Part shown: piece by piece, positions 1 through 19,486 of the stretch
How positions within the stretch are numbered: position 1 is the stretch's first letter
Layout: every line of letters begins with the position of its first letter
DNA from: the human T2T-CHM13v2.0 reference genome, Homo sapiens
Length of the DNA: 64,000 nucleotides
Strand: one strand, 5' to 3'
Assembly (NCBI RefSeq): GCF_009914755.1
Contig: NC_060925.1
Position numbers and translations under genes: made by a program
Notes under the pieces: model-generated
Databases searched by the model: none
Seen by the model: only the letters and a program-made list of their open reading frames with translations
What the model was told of the DNA's origin: nothing

Positions 1-2799
1 TTGAACCCGGGAGGCGGAATTTGCAGTGAGCCAAGATCGCGCCACACTTCAGCCTGGTGACAGAGCGAGACTCTGTCTCAAAAAAAAAAAAAAAAAAACC
101 CCAATGAAAAGTTACAAAATCTCTAAATCACAGGGGGGAAAGTCAATCTAAAAGGATATCTTTTAGACACTCTCTACTATATCCTAAAAAGGCCAGAACA
201 ATTCCTCTTTTCTATCTTTTTAAAGAGAGAAAGAAGGGCAAGCTCCCAGAATCTTAGACCTGAAAAGGTCCTAGGAAACTATCTAGTCCAACATCTTTGT
301 CTTACGGGTAGAAAAAAGTAAGTGCAAAGAAGATGAATGTTTGAACCTAGGCTCTAAGAAGTTGTGGCGTCAGAGTTCTGGCCCAATCCAATGCTACCTC
401 TATCCCACCAAATTTTGCCTTTCTTTGGATTAACAGCTCACCCAAATCACTATCCAATTCCTCCCTCTATAAGCCACTCTGCTATCCCACACCTATGGAT
501 CAAGTACTATATAATGTCTAATGAGAATATAAAGCTACAATTTAAATATATCTCAGGTTATCCTAATTCCTGTGAATAAGGTAGGATTTGTTATCACTCT
601 GTATATAGGAGCACTTTCTAGATTTCCTTTGTCAGGTTTACAAACTTGTTATAATCAAGGGTATGTTTTTCTATGCTTCAGCTTTCTAAGACAAAGGTGA
701 AGAGTCACATATCTAAATACAATCCATTTGTTGTAGAAATAAGCTAGTATTCACTACTATTTTAACTTCCCTGGAAGTTGTCAAGTTCACTACACATAAA
801 ACATTAAAGAATCTTAAGGGAAAAAAAGGTCCTTGATTTTTAAAAGTTAAAAAACCAATTATGCGAACAAAGTACCTTTCTGTCAACCTCTCAAAGTACT
901 TTCCAACTACAGCTTCTTTTTTAAAAATCCATCCTTTTCTAGGTCATGAACAGTAACAATGCTGCCAACCTAAAGGTGGAGCAAACAGGTTATGCAAGAT
1001 CATAAACCAAACCAATTTAGAAATAGAGCCCAGAAGCCCAAGGTCAGTGAGCCTTCCTCTCTACTACAAACATCCTTTTCTAGAATCATCGATTAGCAGA
1101 CTGATCTCTTCATATATAAATAAAAGCTGCTAAAGTATGTGCCTTTAAACTTCTCAGGGCTTTAAGCCAAATGAAAGGGGCTAACAAGGAAAGTAGACAA
1201 AATTTTTAAATAATTTGTGGCCTTGATCCTAAGATCTTTTCCTATCTTCTTTTTTATATTAGCTTTGTAGAATAGGAAGCACATAAAGCACTTGTACTAT
1301 GAGTCCTTCAGCTAAGAACAGCTTGGAGAGTGATATTTTTAAGTAGTCACCTCTTAGCAAGATTTCTTCTAAGAAATACTCTAAACCTTTCAAAGTGACA
1401 CCAAGAGGCCAACAGTGGCTTTGAAGAAAAAAACGTAACAAGAGTCAACCAGCACTAATTTTCAACTACTAGAAATCAATTACTTTGAATGGAACCAATT
1501 CTATTTGAATTCTAAAGACTCCATACATTCTTTACATAACTAGCATTTACCCTAATGACTCACACAGATGCACACGCGCATAGGTGCCCACACATCCACA
1601 AAGAAACCAAATAACTCAAACGAAGATATGGTGCCTAGCTTAAAAGTCATGCAATTTACTTCTAGTGTTTATATGGGTAAATACTGGTTTGTTTTTTGTC
1701 TTTTTTTTTTTTTTTTTTTTTTTTGAGACGGAGTCTCACTCACTCTGTTGCCCAGGCTGGAGTACAGTGGCACTATCTGGGCTCAGTACAACCTCCACCA
1801 CCTGGGTTCAAGTGATTCTCCTGCCTCAGTCTCCCAAGTAGCTGGGACTACAGGCGCACACCATCACGCCCAGCTAATTTTTGTATTTTTAGTAGAGATG
1901 GGATTTCACTATGTTGACCAGGCTGGTCTCAAACTCCTGACCTCAGGTGATCTGCCCACCTCGGCCTCCCAAAGTGCTGGCATTCCAGGCGTGAGCCACC
2001 ACGCCTGGCCAGTAAATACTGTATTTATACACACTCCCTCTCAGAGATGTTTTATTGCTAAAAAGGAAGAAAATTTAATGAAGTTAATTAGAAGCTGTTC
2101 TTTTTTATTATAAAAGCTTATCTTCCACCGGGCACGGTAGCTCAAGCCTGTAATCCTAGCACTTTGGGAGGCCAAGGCAGGCGACTGCCTGAGCTCAGGA
2201 GTTCAAGACCAGCCTGGGCAACACAGTGAAACCCTGTTTCTACTAAAACACAAAAATAAAATTAGCCGGGCACGGCGGCATGCACCTGTAGTCCAAGCTA
2301 CTCAGGAGGCTAAGGCAGGAGAACTGCTTGAACCCAGGAGGCGGAGGTTACAGTGAGCCGAGATTGTGCCACTTCACTCTAGCCTGGGTGACAGAGTGAG
2401 ACTCAGTCTCTTAAAAAAAAAAAAAAGAAAAGGAAAAAAAAGCTTATTTTCATTTTTTCTTTTGTGCTGTTCTCCCGTTGCTGCAAAAAAAATTCTCTTA
2501 ATCTGTACCTATCCAAAGCCTAACTAAACTAGAAGATGCTTTTTAAGGAATATCTCTCCTCCTCCATTAAAGTCTAACTAGTCCTGTCAATAATGATCCT
2601 GCCTTCTCTGAACTCCAACCATACATAGAAAAAAATTTACTCTTTCTGTTTATATGTATATTCATTGTTTCCTTAACTAGCTAAAGAAAGAACTCCTTGA
2701 ATACAGAAACCTCACTCCACACTTAGGAAATGTTTTACCTCTCAATTATTTTACAAACATTAACTTCATTTACCCTAATTAAGGGCACATGCCTTGCAG

Positions 2800-2990
2800 T
2801 GGGAGGAAGCCAGGGAAGAATCCTATCACTTACTAGATGTGTTACCTTTGGCAAATTATTTCATCTCTCTTGGCCTTTTTCCTTATCCGGATAATAGAAC
2901 TGTCCTCATAGAGTTATTAATCAGATAATGCATAAAAGCCCCTTAGCATCTACCTATGATTGATAAATGGTAGTTGTTACTGTTACTTGT
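2800..2990 (+). mobile_element. MIR
   Basis: CACTTACTAGATGTGTTACCTTTGGCAAATTATTTCATCTCTCT...ATAATGCATAAAAGCCCCTTAGCA core. Confidence 0.6.
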
Positions 2991-4868
2991 GAATAGTGGG
3001 GAAAGGAAGAAGAATGACACAGCATTACTGATGGAATATACTGTTTTGTTATTAACATATGCCTATATTCATGCCCACGGAATTATATACATATACCACA
3101 AAAAAAAAAAAAAAAAGGCGTTTCTGGAAGAAGAAAAAAATGATAAAAAAAGAATTTAACACTGTCAACTTGTCATTTAAATAAACTTTACCCTCTACTG
3201 AAATTGTTTGCTATTCAATTAAAATTAAGCATTCAGTGATTATAAACTGTTGCTCACAAAACAATAATAGGGCATTATTCTTATCTTGTATCATTAATTT
3301 TTTAAAAATAAAAACAGGCTGGACACAGTGGCTCATGCCTGTAATCTCAACACTTTGGGAGGCCAAGGCAGAAGGATCACTTGAGCCCAAGATTAGTCTG
3401 GACAACATAGTGAGACTCTGTCTCTATTTTTATAAAAAATTCAAAAAAGAAAGAAAAACACCTGGAATTGGATTTTTGGTGGAATACACCAGCTTAGAAT
3501 TATAGGAGTAAGAAAGACAATACATATAGTTTCTCTTTCTATACTTAATATCCAACAAATATGTTAACTTTCTGTTCAAATCTGCTCCAAAAACTTAGTG
3601 ACAAAGTCTTTTAGACTTTCTAAACCATACAGGGTTTATTGATTTGCATTGTGTCAGTGACATTAGGCAGGCACAGGAAACACAAGGACATCTCCCAATC
3701 ATCTCCTAAAGCTCTAGGAGGAAAACAGACCAAAAATGCATGAACTCAAGATGATAGGACACTGGACTCTGTGGCCACAAGAAGATTCAGAAAGTTGGAA
3801 ACAAAATCTTGTAACAAAGAAAGCAAGGATCTCAGTTTAAACATCAACAATTTTTAACTGTTCACTGCCTAACCACAAAGGCAATCAAGGAATATTTGCT
3901 TCAAACTCAGAAGAGTAATTATCCTAATTTTGACCTCAGAACCTAGCACAGTGCCTGGGGATCAAACATTTGCTGAATCAAAGAACAAATGTATCTAATA
4001 AATGGTATAAATGAGGACCCTAGAATAAAGTAATTCTCCCTCTTGCGAAATATTAAAATCGATGTAGGAGCTATCAAATATTAGATACACAAAAAATGAA
4101 ATGGAAGAGAAAACCTAACGTCACTTTCCAGAACAAGAGAGCCACAACAAATGTCACTTGTGGGCCTGTGGTATTTTAAGTAGTTAATTCAAACTGTATA
4201 TTCTACCTTTGTCATCAATACATGCTTATTGTCACAGCTACAATAGCCAGCAGTTGGCTACATGTTAGATATCTATACTCCCCTTCCTTTTTAAGACTTA
4301 CAGCAACCCTCTCTATTGATGTAATGGATAAAAGTAAATTTTGTTTCTGCAAATTTTAAACATTACAGTCAAAGCAAAATTCTTATTTCTGAATTTCCTG
4401 TAATGGATGACTGGCTCAGCTCTCTACCTTCTGTAATTCCTCCACTAGAAACCTAACAACTTCCCTTTCACAATGGAGCTCTAAACAACTTCCTCAAAAA
4501 AAGGCACTACTCTAAAAATAGGTTACTGACATTTTCTGATTAGCAGCCAATCTAAGACTCCCTTTGCCATTGGCGGGGGGGTGGGTTGGGGGAAAACCTA
4601 GCCACTGGAAAATGAAGTAAAGGTTGGCCTTTTATTTAATGCATATAAAATTAAAATACTTCTTAAACTTAAAATGTCTCAATTTATAGCTGACATTAAT
4701 ATTCAATAATTTGTGCTCACATTTTGGCTACTTTGTTTTGCTTTTAAGACATTAGGTTATGGTTAACATTCTTCTTTTAATGACATAGTTTTGGCAAAAT
4801 TCTCCAGCATCCCGTTCCTATCATGAGAATGGCAACAAGGAAAAGCAAGCACATATTTCTGGAGACTA

Positions 4869-5018
<150 letters not shown>

Positions 5019-6000
5019 CTATTGTTTAGAATAGAGAAGGAAAAATCTTCAAGTCAGCATCCTGAATTTTACATACACATTACACACAATTGAAAATTTA
5101 TTCTATGTTTACTTTCAGACATTGGCAAAGACAATAGCAATGATCAAGTGACTAAGAGATTAAACATTCACTTACCTTTAACCATCAGGGTTCAGCAATG
5201 ACCCCTACTTTCTCCCCTCCCATTCCCTTATATTTTCAAAACATGAAAAACACAAAATCCAAATGAATGAAAAAGCAAATTCCATCATGAGAATTATGTT
5301 AGCTATTTCTCATACTTTTTAATTTAATAAGACCAACATTCTGAAGAGCAATGATGCCTTCAAGATGACTATGTGACCTAATGAGTCAAAAGATCATGGC
5401 TCCTCCCCAGTTGTGAACAGTTAAGTTAAATTAGGGAGTGCATTTGATTCAATCCACTATTTCTCTTTGGTAAACCTCAGGAAAGGGGGATGCAAACCCT
5501 ATAATGAAGTATCCCAATATCTCTCCATATTGGGAGATCCCTGGGGGCTCCCCAAACCTAACCAGGGGGAGAAAATAACATGTCACAAGAATCCCTCCAA
5601 ACCTTACTAATTGTTAAATGTAATCCTACCTACAGCATAACAATCTCTTTAGGCTTCAATTTACCTATCTATCTCCAAAGCCATTCCTACAAGGTAATAA
5701 CATCAAGGATGATGTGTGAAATAGATTATTCAAAACAGTTATAATTCAACTAGTTTACTGGTCTTCTTTGTTATGAGCAGCAAGCATGTCTCTGCTGTCT
5801 GAGGCTAGAGTCACCACCTACCCCTGGGCAAGGGATTCAAGAGTACATTCCTTTGTTTATTAAAGACGTAGGCTCCCAGCCTGGGGAACATGGCAAAATT
5901 CCCCTCTCTACAAAAAATATAAAAATTAGTTGGGCTGTGGTGGCACACACCCAGATACTCAGCAGGGTGAGGTGGGAGGATCACGTAAGCCCAGGAGCTA

Positions 6001-6446
<446 letters not shown>

Positions 6447-9372
6447 TCAAACTCCTTCCTCTGATCTCCACTACCTTCCAATGTCTGTTTACAATTTCTA
6501 CCACTGGATAAACGTATTGAGGGTCAAGTTAGGGCCAAGCAATGGAGAAAAGAGTATGGAGAACATGAGCCAGAATACAATTAAGAGAATCAGTTTAAGA
6601 ATTTTATTTGAGGCAAGATCACTAAAGCCCAGGAGTTCAAGACCAGCCTGGGCAATGTAGTAGAGTACCCTGTCTCTACAAACAAAAATTTAAAAAATAA
6701 AAATAAAAATAAAATAGCTGGGCACGGTGATGCACGCCTATGGTCCCAGCTACTCCGGAGGCTGAGGTGGGAAGATAGCCTGCACCCGGGCAGTCGAGGC
6801 TGCAGTCAGCAGAAATCACGCCACTACACTCTAGCCTGGGTGAGAGTGAGACAGTGTCCGGAAAAAAAAAAAGGATTTAATAACATGCTGCCTAGCTGCC
6901 TATACATTATATCACCTAAGAATCTTAACTGTCAGAACTAACACTGCAAAAAGATACAGTTGCATTATTGTTTTCAGTCACATATTTTAAAAACCCACAG
7001 CCAATACTATGCTACAAATGAGACACACCGTATCACTAAGATACAAAAGATTGGGAATGCTCACTAAAAATTGAAATTTATAAAACTCAAAGTAAGAGTA
7101 AAGTTCAGTTAGTTACATGAGCACAAAGAGACAGACAAGGCTTATAATACTGTGGTGTTTTAAAAAGGCCCTGAAATAGGAGCTATGATCATTTTACATG
7201 GTGTTTAGATTATTAGATGAGCACAATAAATAGACTCATAAACTGTATATAATAAAAATAAAGGAGGGTAGGGAGGATGAAGACAGGATGTTAGCTAGGA
7301 ACTCTACACGTTATATGAAATGACAAACCTTTAGGCCAGCATTAACATTGACAAAGCATGTAAATCAAATGCACAAAGCTCTGTATCTAGCTCTTTCTGT
7401 GGAATCTAATTATACATTTAAATAGAGCTAGACATTTCTTGGAAATCCAAAAACCTACAAATACAGTTTCAACCAGAAATATTAAAAATTCTATTTATAT
7501 GTCCCAAGGAAACTAAGTAGGAGGAGTAAGAAAAAAAGTATGCACTGTGTATATTTATGTAGCCATCACAACAACCTCACAGTGATTATTCCCATTTTAG
7601 AGATTAGGAAACTGATCCTCCAAGAAATGCCTTCTCCAACCATTGTTAGGTAGGGAAAAGCATAGGAGGAAACTAAGGCTCAGAGCACTTACATGGCACT
7701 GCCAGGATCTTAATCCAAGTCTTCCCATTTAAAGTTCAAGGCCCTTTCTGTACCACCAAGCTGCCCCCTGGCAGTCAAAGGAAGTTTCCACCTCCAATAT
7801 TCTATTATTTTACTACATAAAACTGCTGTCAGTTTCTGCTGTGGGCTTCGATGAATGTGCTCTCTTGGTCTTGCCTTTGCTTTTCACTATCTCTTCCCCT
7901 ACCTTCAAAACTTGCTCATCCTGCCCTTGTAGCATTTTCCATTCCTTTCTACACTATCTTCCTGCCACCATTCTCTTTCACCATCTATTTACACTCTTTT
8001 GGATATGCGCACTCTCGCTCCCTGCCTCCCCTGGCCCTCTCTCTCTCTCTCTCTGGTTTCTTCTCTCCCTCTCTTTTTCTCTCTACTCACCCTCCCCACC
8101 TCCCTCTTTCAGGGTATCTCCCGCTGCCTCATTTATATAAGAACCACACTCTTTCCCTATCCCTGTATACCACCCTCCTGCCCTACCTCTTACAGTCAAT
8201 TGTTGAGAAAGGAGGCTCAACTTCTAAGAGTTTTGCTAGTGCAGAAACTACATTTTAAACCATTCACCCACGTTGACTACATGAGATAAACCAAGTCATT
8301 CTCTCACAAAAGTTTTTAACTATTTGGGAACTTATTTATTCATACTGGGAGCTGTATTTTGTACAGTCACTGCCACAGGGCAGACTCTCCAGACAAAATT
8401 CTTCCTAGGAAACAAAACTAATACTCAGAAAAAGATGCTCAAGAATCAAGAGAAATCAAAAAATGAAGGCACTGTAAGAAATATTTGTAAGAAATATTTT
8501 AGAAGGGAGAAGTATTTTCCATGATAAAGGAGAAAAGCTAGCTGTCAATTATAATCAGAGTAAATGCTCCCATCAAGGTAGAATAAGCCTTTCAAGTTCC
8601 TTCTACACTTCCCTTTTCTCTAGCAATCTATTTGAGTCTCAGGTTAATGTTTTGTTTTGTTTTTTGAGACTCCTGCTCTGTTGCCCAGGCTGGAGTGCAG
8701 TGGCGTGATCTTTTTTTTAAAAAAAAAAAAAAGGTTTTTAATCAAATAGATAAACCTGGAACTACATTACCACATTTTGGAAAATGAAAAATTAAAAGTA
8801 TCACTTTACAAATCTTTTGGCATGTGCCTGTAGTCCCAGCTACTCATGAGGCTAAAGCAGGAGGACTGCTTGAGCCTCGGAGATGGAGGCTGCAATGAGC
8901 CAAGGTAACACCACTACACTCCAGCCTGGGCCATAGAGGGAGACCCTGTTTCAAAAATAAAATAAAGTGGGCCAGGCGTGGTGACTCACACCTGTAATCC
9001 TAGCACTTTGGGAGGCTAAGGCGGGCAGATCACCTGAGGTCAGGAGTTCAAGACCAGCCTGGCCAACATGGCAAAACTCCGTCTCTACTAAAAATACAAA
9101 AATTAGCTGGGCGTGATGGCGCATGCCTGTAGTCTCAGCCACTCGGGAGGCCGAGGCAGGAGAATCGCTTGAATCCTGTCTCTAAAAAAAAATACAAAAA
9201 AAGAAAAAAAAAAACGTTATTTTCCTTGACTACAGTGTAGGCTGGCAGAAATAAAAGGTGGAAATCTAAATACAGGGCTAGGAAGAGAATTAGGAGACCA
9301 TACTGGTTATCGAGCCAAAAAATAAAGGAAGTTTAGAAGACGACCTTACTGATTTTTCCTTTTTTTTTTTGA

Positions 9373-9474
<102 letters not shown>

Positions 9475-9522
9475 TGAGCAGCTGAGACTATAGGTATGTG
9501 CCACCACATCCAGCTAATTTTC

Positions 9523-9661
<139 letters not shown>

Positions 9662-11287
9662 TAATTTTCATATTTTTTGAAGAAGACGAGGTTTTACCAT
9701 GTTGCCCAGGCAGGTCTCGAAGCCCTAAGCCCAAGTGATCCATCCAGCATGGCCTCCTAAAGTGCTGGGCTTACAGGTGTTAGCCACCACGCCCAGCCCA
9801 TTTTATTTTTTTGAGACAGGGTCTGGCTCTGTTACCTAGGCTGGAATGCAGTGGCGCAATCACAGCTCACTACAGCCTCAAACTCCCACCTCAGCCTCTC
9901 GAGTAGCCAGGACTAGAGACACACACCACCACACCCAGCTAATTGTTTTTAATTTTTTTGTAGAGACAAGGTTTCACTATGTCATCTAGGCTGGTTTTGA
10001 ATTCCTGACCTCAAGCAATCCTCCCGCCTTCTAAAGTGCTGGGATTACAGGTATTAGCCACCGCACCCAGCCATGGAAAATAAATTCAAACAGACTTGGG
10101 CACAAAGGAATTCTGAATTGTAAGAAGTTAATGATCCAAATAGAAATTCAATTATTTGAATAATTACAATTTATCCATTTTTCAAGCAGGTATTATTGAA
10201 CATTGAATCTTAAAAAGCAGAATAAAGCAAACATTATGTTAAACCATGCATTCTGGAATAAAATCACTAAAAACGACACAGGTTTTGCTAGCATTCTGGT
10301 TCAGTTCTTGTACTTGCTTTACTGGCATTCTTGTCCTGAACTGCTCAGTGTGTCTTTACAATGAACGTCCCTTTACTGGAGCCGATTTGACTAGTTGTCT
10401 GTTGCCTGATTAGAGAAACCAAACTCAGTTACAACAGAGTATCACTGAGTTGGGGAGTTCATTAAATCACACTGAAAATTTCCACATTAAAACAAATGTA
10501 CAGGCTCACACCTGCAATCACAGAACTTTGGGAGGCTGAGGTGGACAGTTTCACTCGAGGTCAGCAGTTCAAGACCAGCATGGCCAACACGGTGAAATCC
10601 CGTCTCTACCAAAAATACAAAAATTACCCAGGTGTGGTGGCTAATTGACGTATAAGCAAAAGGTAGCAGTCAACATAGAGAAAAGAAATGTGCTGAAAGA
10701 AGCAGAGACAAGGGACTACAGTGCCCTTTAAAAAAACAGAAAGCCTCCAAGTATTCAGGAAGCCCACATATATATTTCTTGCTCTGAGGTTCAGAGAGTC
10801 CTTAGTGTTCTTTCACTAAATCCCCTGAATTTTTGTTAACTAGAGTAGATTTCCATACTTTTAACTGCCTTTGCTAGATTATTTCCTCATAAAGATAGGC
10901 TCTTCATCTCCACACCTACTTTTGTTCTCAAGGATTTTTTGCATACAGAAACCTAGATCATGATGGTTCCATTTCACTAAAAGAGATCAGAACAATATAA
11001 TCAGAATCGTTGATGCCAGGAACCATTATGGAAAGGAAATACCAGTGAGAAAATGGCAGGCAAAGAGGAGAAACTTGAGCAATGAGAAAAGGAAAGAGAA
11101 TATAAGAATTAATCTAATTTGAATTTAATCAACAAAGGGAAAAAAACCTAGTAAATCTGTTCTACAGCATCTTCTGCACACGATATATCTGTATTAATAA
11201 CAACTATTACTAAGACTTACTTTGTGTCTGGTCCTGATCCCATAAATACTTTATACACTTTATCATCTCTTTTAATAGTCATAACTA

Positions 11288-11541
<254 letters not shown>

Positions 11542-11550
11542 TCATAACTA

Positions 11551-11949
<399 letters not shown>

Positions 11950-12176
11950 TCATTCTTTCCTAATTACTGGAGGAGAAAAAAACCAAAAAACCTCTTTTGG
12001 TATAAATGGCTGCAAAACCTATTGCATGATGTTATGAATGAATGTTCATATCATTTATTAACTGTCAATAACAACAACACTAAACACCAGGCACTGGCAC
12101 TGCGAAACAGACGTTATTCCATTTTATATACGAGGAAACCAAGGTTTACAGAAATTACTTGTCCAAAATCATGTAA

Positions 12177-14357
<2,181 letters not shown>

Positions 14358-15084
14358 AAATATGTTCAGAGGAGAACTATCAGCTACCAGGCATGCCTAC
14401 AGTGTTAGTCTCCATGAACTGAGGGGGTAGAAATTATTTAAACAAGGGGGAAAAACTTTAACCTGCGATTACTTCTCTAGTTGATTTGCTCTCCCTTTGC
14501 GATGGACTAGGCATTGCAGAAATGTAGACTACTGTTCAAAGACCATGGTAGACACTACTTTCTACACTCTCCTTAACATCTGAAGTAACACCCGCCAAGT
14601 ACCAAACCGCACCTTATTAACAGTGCTATGGTGATTTGTCTTATCTCCCTAAAAATAATCCCTTGAGCATCTAGCACAGTATCAAAAACATGACAGGCAT
14701 TACATACAAATATTTGTAATGTGAGAAACTGCCCTTAGTCATACAAGTGGTGAAATAGTACTGCTAGAGCTAGGTTCTTTAAGATGATTCTTATCCTTCT
14801 TTAAAACACGCATACAAATACACACAACTTTACCTTGCTTTATTTGACTTTTCTGGACATCTGACAATATGTAATATGGGTTTGATTAATATTCATGCCC
14901 TTTGATCTGGTAATTCCACTTCTAGGAATTTAACCTAAGCAAATCATGAGAAATATGGGCACAGATTTGTTAACAAACATCTTTAACCTGGTACTGTAAT
15001 AGGAAAAGATGGAAACAGTCTAAATACAGCAGTAATTATTAAAGCATATACTTAGAGAATTTATATAGCCATTTAAAATGTTTT

Positions 15085-15088
<4 letters not shown>

Positions 15089-15144
<56 letters not shown>
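15089..15144. repeat. (TA)n followed by poly(T)
   Basis: Direct reading, at an antisense Alu tail; a similar tract is at about 56765-56820. Confidence 0.9.
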
Positions 15145-15145
<1 letters not shown>

Positions 15146-16247
15146 CTTTTCTCTTTTTGAGACAATGCCTCATTCTGTCACCCAGGCTGGAATGCAGTGG
15201 CACAAATACAGCTCACAGCAGTCCCAACCTGCCAGGTTCAAGCAGTCCTCCCACCTCAGCTGCCTGAGTAGCTGGGACTACACGTGTATGTCACCATGCC
15301 TGGCTGACTTTTTAATTTTTTTATAGCAATGAGGTCTCCCTGTTACCCACGCTAACAAAAAAAAAAATTTTTTTTTTTTTGAGGCGGAGTCTGGCTCTGT
15401 CACCCAGGCTGGAGTGCAGTGGCACGATCTCAGCTCACTGCAAGCTCCCTCTGCCTCCCGGGTTCGTGCCATTCTCCTGCCTCAGCCTCCCGAGTAGCTG
15501 GGACTACAGGCGCCTGATACCACACCCGGCTAATTTTTTTGTATTTTTAGTATAGACAGAGTTTCACTGTGTTAGCCAGGATGGTCTCAATCTCCTGACC
15601 TTGTGATCCACCCACCTCAGCCTTCCAAAGTGCTGGGATAACAGGCATGAGCCACTGCACCCAGCCTACCCAGGCTAAAACTTTTTAAACACAGAAAAAT
15701 GTTATGTATGTGTAAGGATTCTATAACGTAGGCTATAGATGGGTGTATATAAAAAGATGTTAGGCTGGACCCAGTGGCTCACGCCTGTAATCCCAACACT
15801 TTGGGAGGTTGAGGCAGGCTAATCACCTGAGGTCAGGAGTTCAAGACCAGCCTGGCTGACATGGTAAAACCCCGTCTCTACTAAAAACACAAAAATTAGC
15901 CAGGCATGGTGGCGCACTTGTAATCCCAGCTACCTGGGAGGCTGTGGCAGGATAATCGCTTGAACCCAGGAGGCAGAGGCTGCAGTGAGACAGAAAGCTG
16001 AGATGCTGCCACTGTGCTCCAGCCTGGGAGACAGAGCAAGACTCTATCTCACAAGAAATTTAAAAAAACTCATGCTGGGCCCAGTGGCTCACACCTGTAA
16101 TCCCTGGGCGACAAGAGCGAAACTCCATCTCAAAAATAATAATAATAAATATTAAAAACAAAATACATGAACTGTGTCTTATCATTGAGAATTCTAATTC
16201 AGCAGGACTGGACTTAAGCCCAAGAATCTCTTTTTTTTAAAAAATAG

Positions 16248-16403
<156 letters not shown>

Positions 16404-17401
16404 TAAGGGAAAAAGTAAATATTAAACTCCAATACAGGAAGATAAAGCTTCAATGAGATGTGTATGACATACAATAGTGGCATCAAAGGCAGGCACCCAA
16501 CCTTGGAGAAAAGTGGGAGTAAAGGAGTACATTTATCAGAGATGAAGATACATTAGTTGAAGCTTGAAAGATGAGGAAAAGGCCAGGTAAATGAAGAAGG
16601 TAGGGGATTCCAAAGAGAAAACTACATAAATAAAAATAGCACTAGTATGCTGAGAAACTGCACAAACTATAAAAATAGGATGGGTATTCACAAAACTACA
16701 AATACTTTAGTATAGCCGAAATGGAGCGCCAGTAAGGACTGGAGAGGCAAGCTGGACCAAAACACAAAAGACAGCTGGGCATGCGAAGGCATATGCCTGT
16801 AGTGCCAGCTACACAAGGGGGAAGGGACTGCTTGAGGCCAGGAGTTCAAGTCCAGCCTGGGCAACAAAGTGAACACCCTCATCTCTAAAACTAATAATAA
16901 ATTTAAAATAAAAATTTATTTTATCTTTAAAAAAAAAATAACATGAAAGGTCTCCTATGCTATGAGGAGGAGCTTAGAAGTTATCCCAAAAGCAACAGGA
17001 AAGAAAACGCACACACACACGAGTGCGTGAGCAAAAGGGTGAGAAATAAGCAGATCGTATCTTCAAAAACATCAATTTGGCAGTGGCACAGACAATGGCT
17101 ACAAAGAAGAAAACGGGAGATGCAGGAAAGCCAGTGAGAAGACTACTGAACATCTCCAGGCAAGAAACATGAGCCTATCAAATAAAGCAACATAGGTATA
17201 ATCTCGGAACTATTGTCGGCAGAAACAGGAGGCAGAAATCTAGGATAGCTCCTAACATGCCACAAATGGATATATCAACCACAGAAACAGAATACAGTAC
17301 AGGAATTGAAGGAAATAATTAAATTCAATTTTGAATAGCATCATGCCATTCACTGAGCACTTATGAAAACTAAACTCCTAGGCTTTTTAAATATTTTTTA
17401 A

Positions 17402-17539
<138 letters not shown>

Positions 17540-17594
17540 TAAAGAAAAGCTATCCTCTGGGGGGCGGGGGGTGTGGGGAAAGGATATTATACTT

Positions 17595-18004
17595 TGATAT
17601 AGCTTGGATGTTTGTCCCCTCCAAATCTCATCTGAAATGTGACTTCTAAGGTTGGAGGTGAACCTAGTGTGTAGTGTCTGGGTCATGGGGGCCCATCCCT
17701 CAGGAAGTACTTGATATCCTCCCCATGGTAATGAGTGAGTTCTCACTCTATTAATTCACACAAGAGCTGGCTGTTTAAAAGTGCCTGGAACCTCTTCTCT
17801 CTCCAGCTCCCTCTCTTGACCATGTGACACATGTGCTCCCACTGTGCCTTCTGCCATGAGTAAAAGTGTCCTGAGGCCTCACCAGCAGCAGATGCTGTAA
17901 CTTACTTCCTGTACAGTCTGCAAAACTGAGACAAATAAACCTCTTTTTGTTATAAATTGCCCAGTCTCCTATATTCCTTTATAGCAACACAAAATGGACT
18001 AACA
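17595..18004 (+). mobile_element. MaLR solo LTR (MSTB-like)
   Basis: TG...CA ends; MST-type TGATATAGCTTGGATGTTTGTCCCCTCCAAATCTCAT start and AATAAACCTCTTT...TTTATAGCAACACAAAATGGACTAACA end; 5-bp TSD TACTT. Confidence 0.88.
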
Positions 18005-18239
18005 TACTTTTTTTAAAAAAAAATGAGAAAGATAAAAATGTGCATACAGTACTGAGTGGCTCAAATCATGTAAAAATATTAGAACACTTCCAGGACAAAG
18101 CATATGATTACTCGTTATTAATTCTAGATACAGAAAGGAAATAATACTAAAATAAAATCATCTCTAGGCCAGGCCCAGTGGCTCACGCCTGTAATCCCAG
18201 GACTTTGGGAGGCCGAGGCAGGTGGATCATCTAAGGTCA

Positions 18240-18542
<303 letters not shown>

Positions 18543-19345
18543 CTATATTCAACATATCTACTAACTTTTTTAAAAATTAAAAGAGAGATAACTAATGCAA
18601 AGGACAGCACTTCATCAGGGGAAAAAAGCTAAATAATTTCGATTTCCAAGGTCTTTTCTAACATCTAAACTCCACTGGAAATGTGTAAACCATCTGCTTT
18701 CACTCAAAATGGCAGACCAAGCTCTTAACAGATGGTATAAGGTTTGTCTTTTTTTCTTTTTTAACTGTTTGAAATTCAGAAAATACAAAATGGACAAGAG
18801 CAAAGCATACTACCTGTAATCTCTCCATGCATACAAATATAAACACTTTGCAGTACTTTCTTCCAGTCCTTAATCCATGTACATCACTTTTAAGGGCTAC
18901 ACTGAACTTAAAGACCATTTTCTTAAAAGACAGGGTCTCGCTCTGTTGCCCAGGCTGGAGTGCAGTAGCACGACGTCGGCTCACTGCAGACTCCACCTCC
19001 AAGAGTCAAGCCATTACAGGCATGCACCAGATGATTTTTCTTTTTTTTTCTCAGTAGTGACAGGGTTTCTCCATGTTGGCTAGGCTGGTCTCGAATTCCT
19101 GACCTCAGGTGATCCACTTGCCTCATGTGCTGGGATTACAGGCATGAGCCACCACGCCCAGCCAGAAACAATTATCTTTATAATTCCCTCCTCTCTTTAT
19201 GAAACTAAGTTTCTCCAAAGGAACGACATATTAATTTCATTGTTTTGTATTTTACAAGGCTTCTGACCCTTAAAAGTGGTATCTCCCTAATTTGGGACAA
19301 CTGGGTGGGGGAAGCAATTTGACTCAATAAACTCTAACAAATTAA

Positions 19346-19486
<141 letters not shown>

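Noticed and set aside
5512-5535. 9-bp perfect hairpin TCCCAATAT-CTCTCC-ATATTGGGA
   Set aside because: Stems of this length are expected by chance in 64 kb; no ncRNA features.
7841-8289. Leu/Ser/Pro-rich ORFs in a CT-rich tract
   Set aside because: Low-complexity pyrimidine sequence lacking stops; no mirror repeat long enough to argue for H-DNA.
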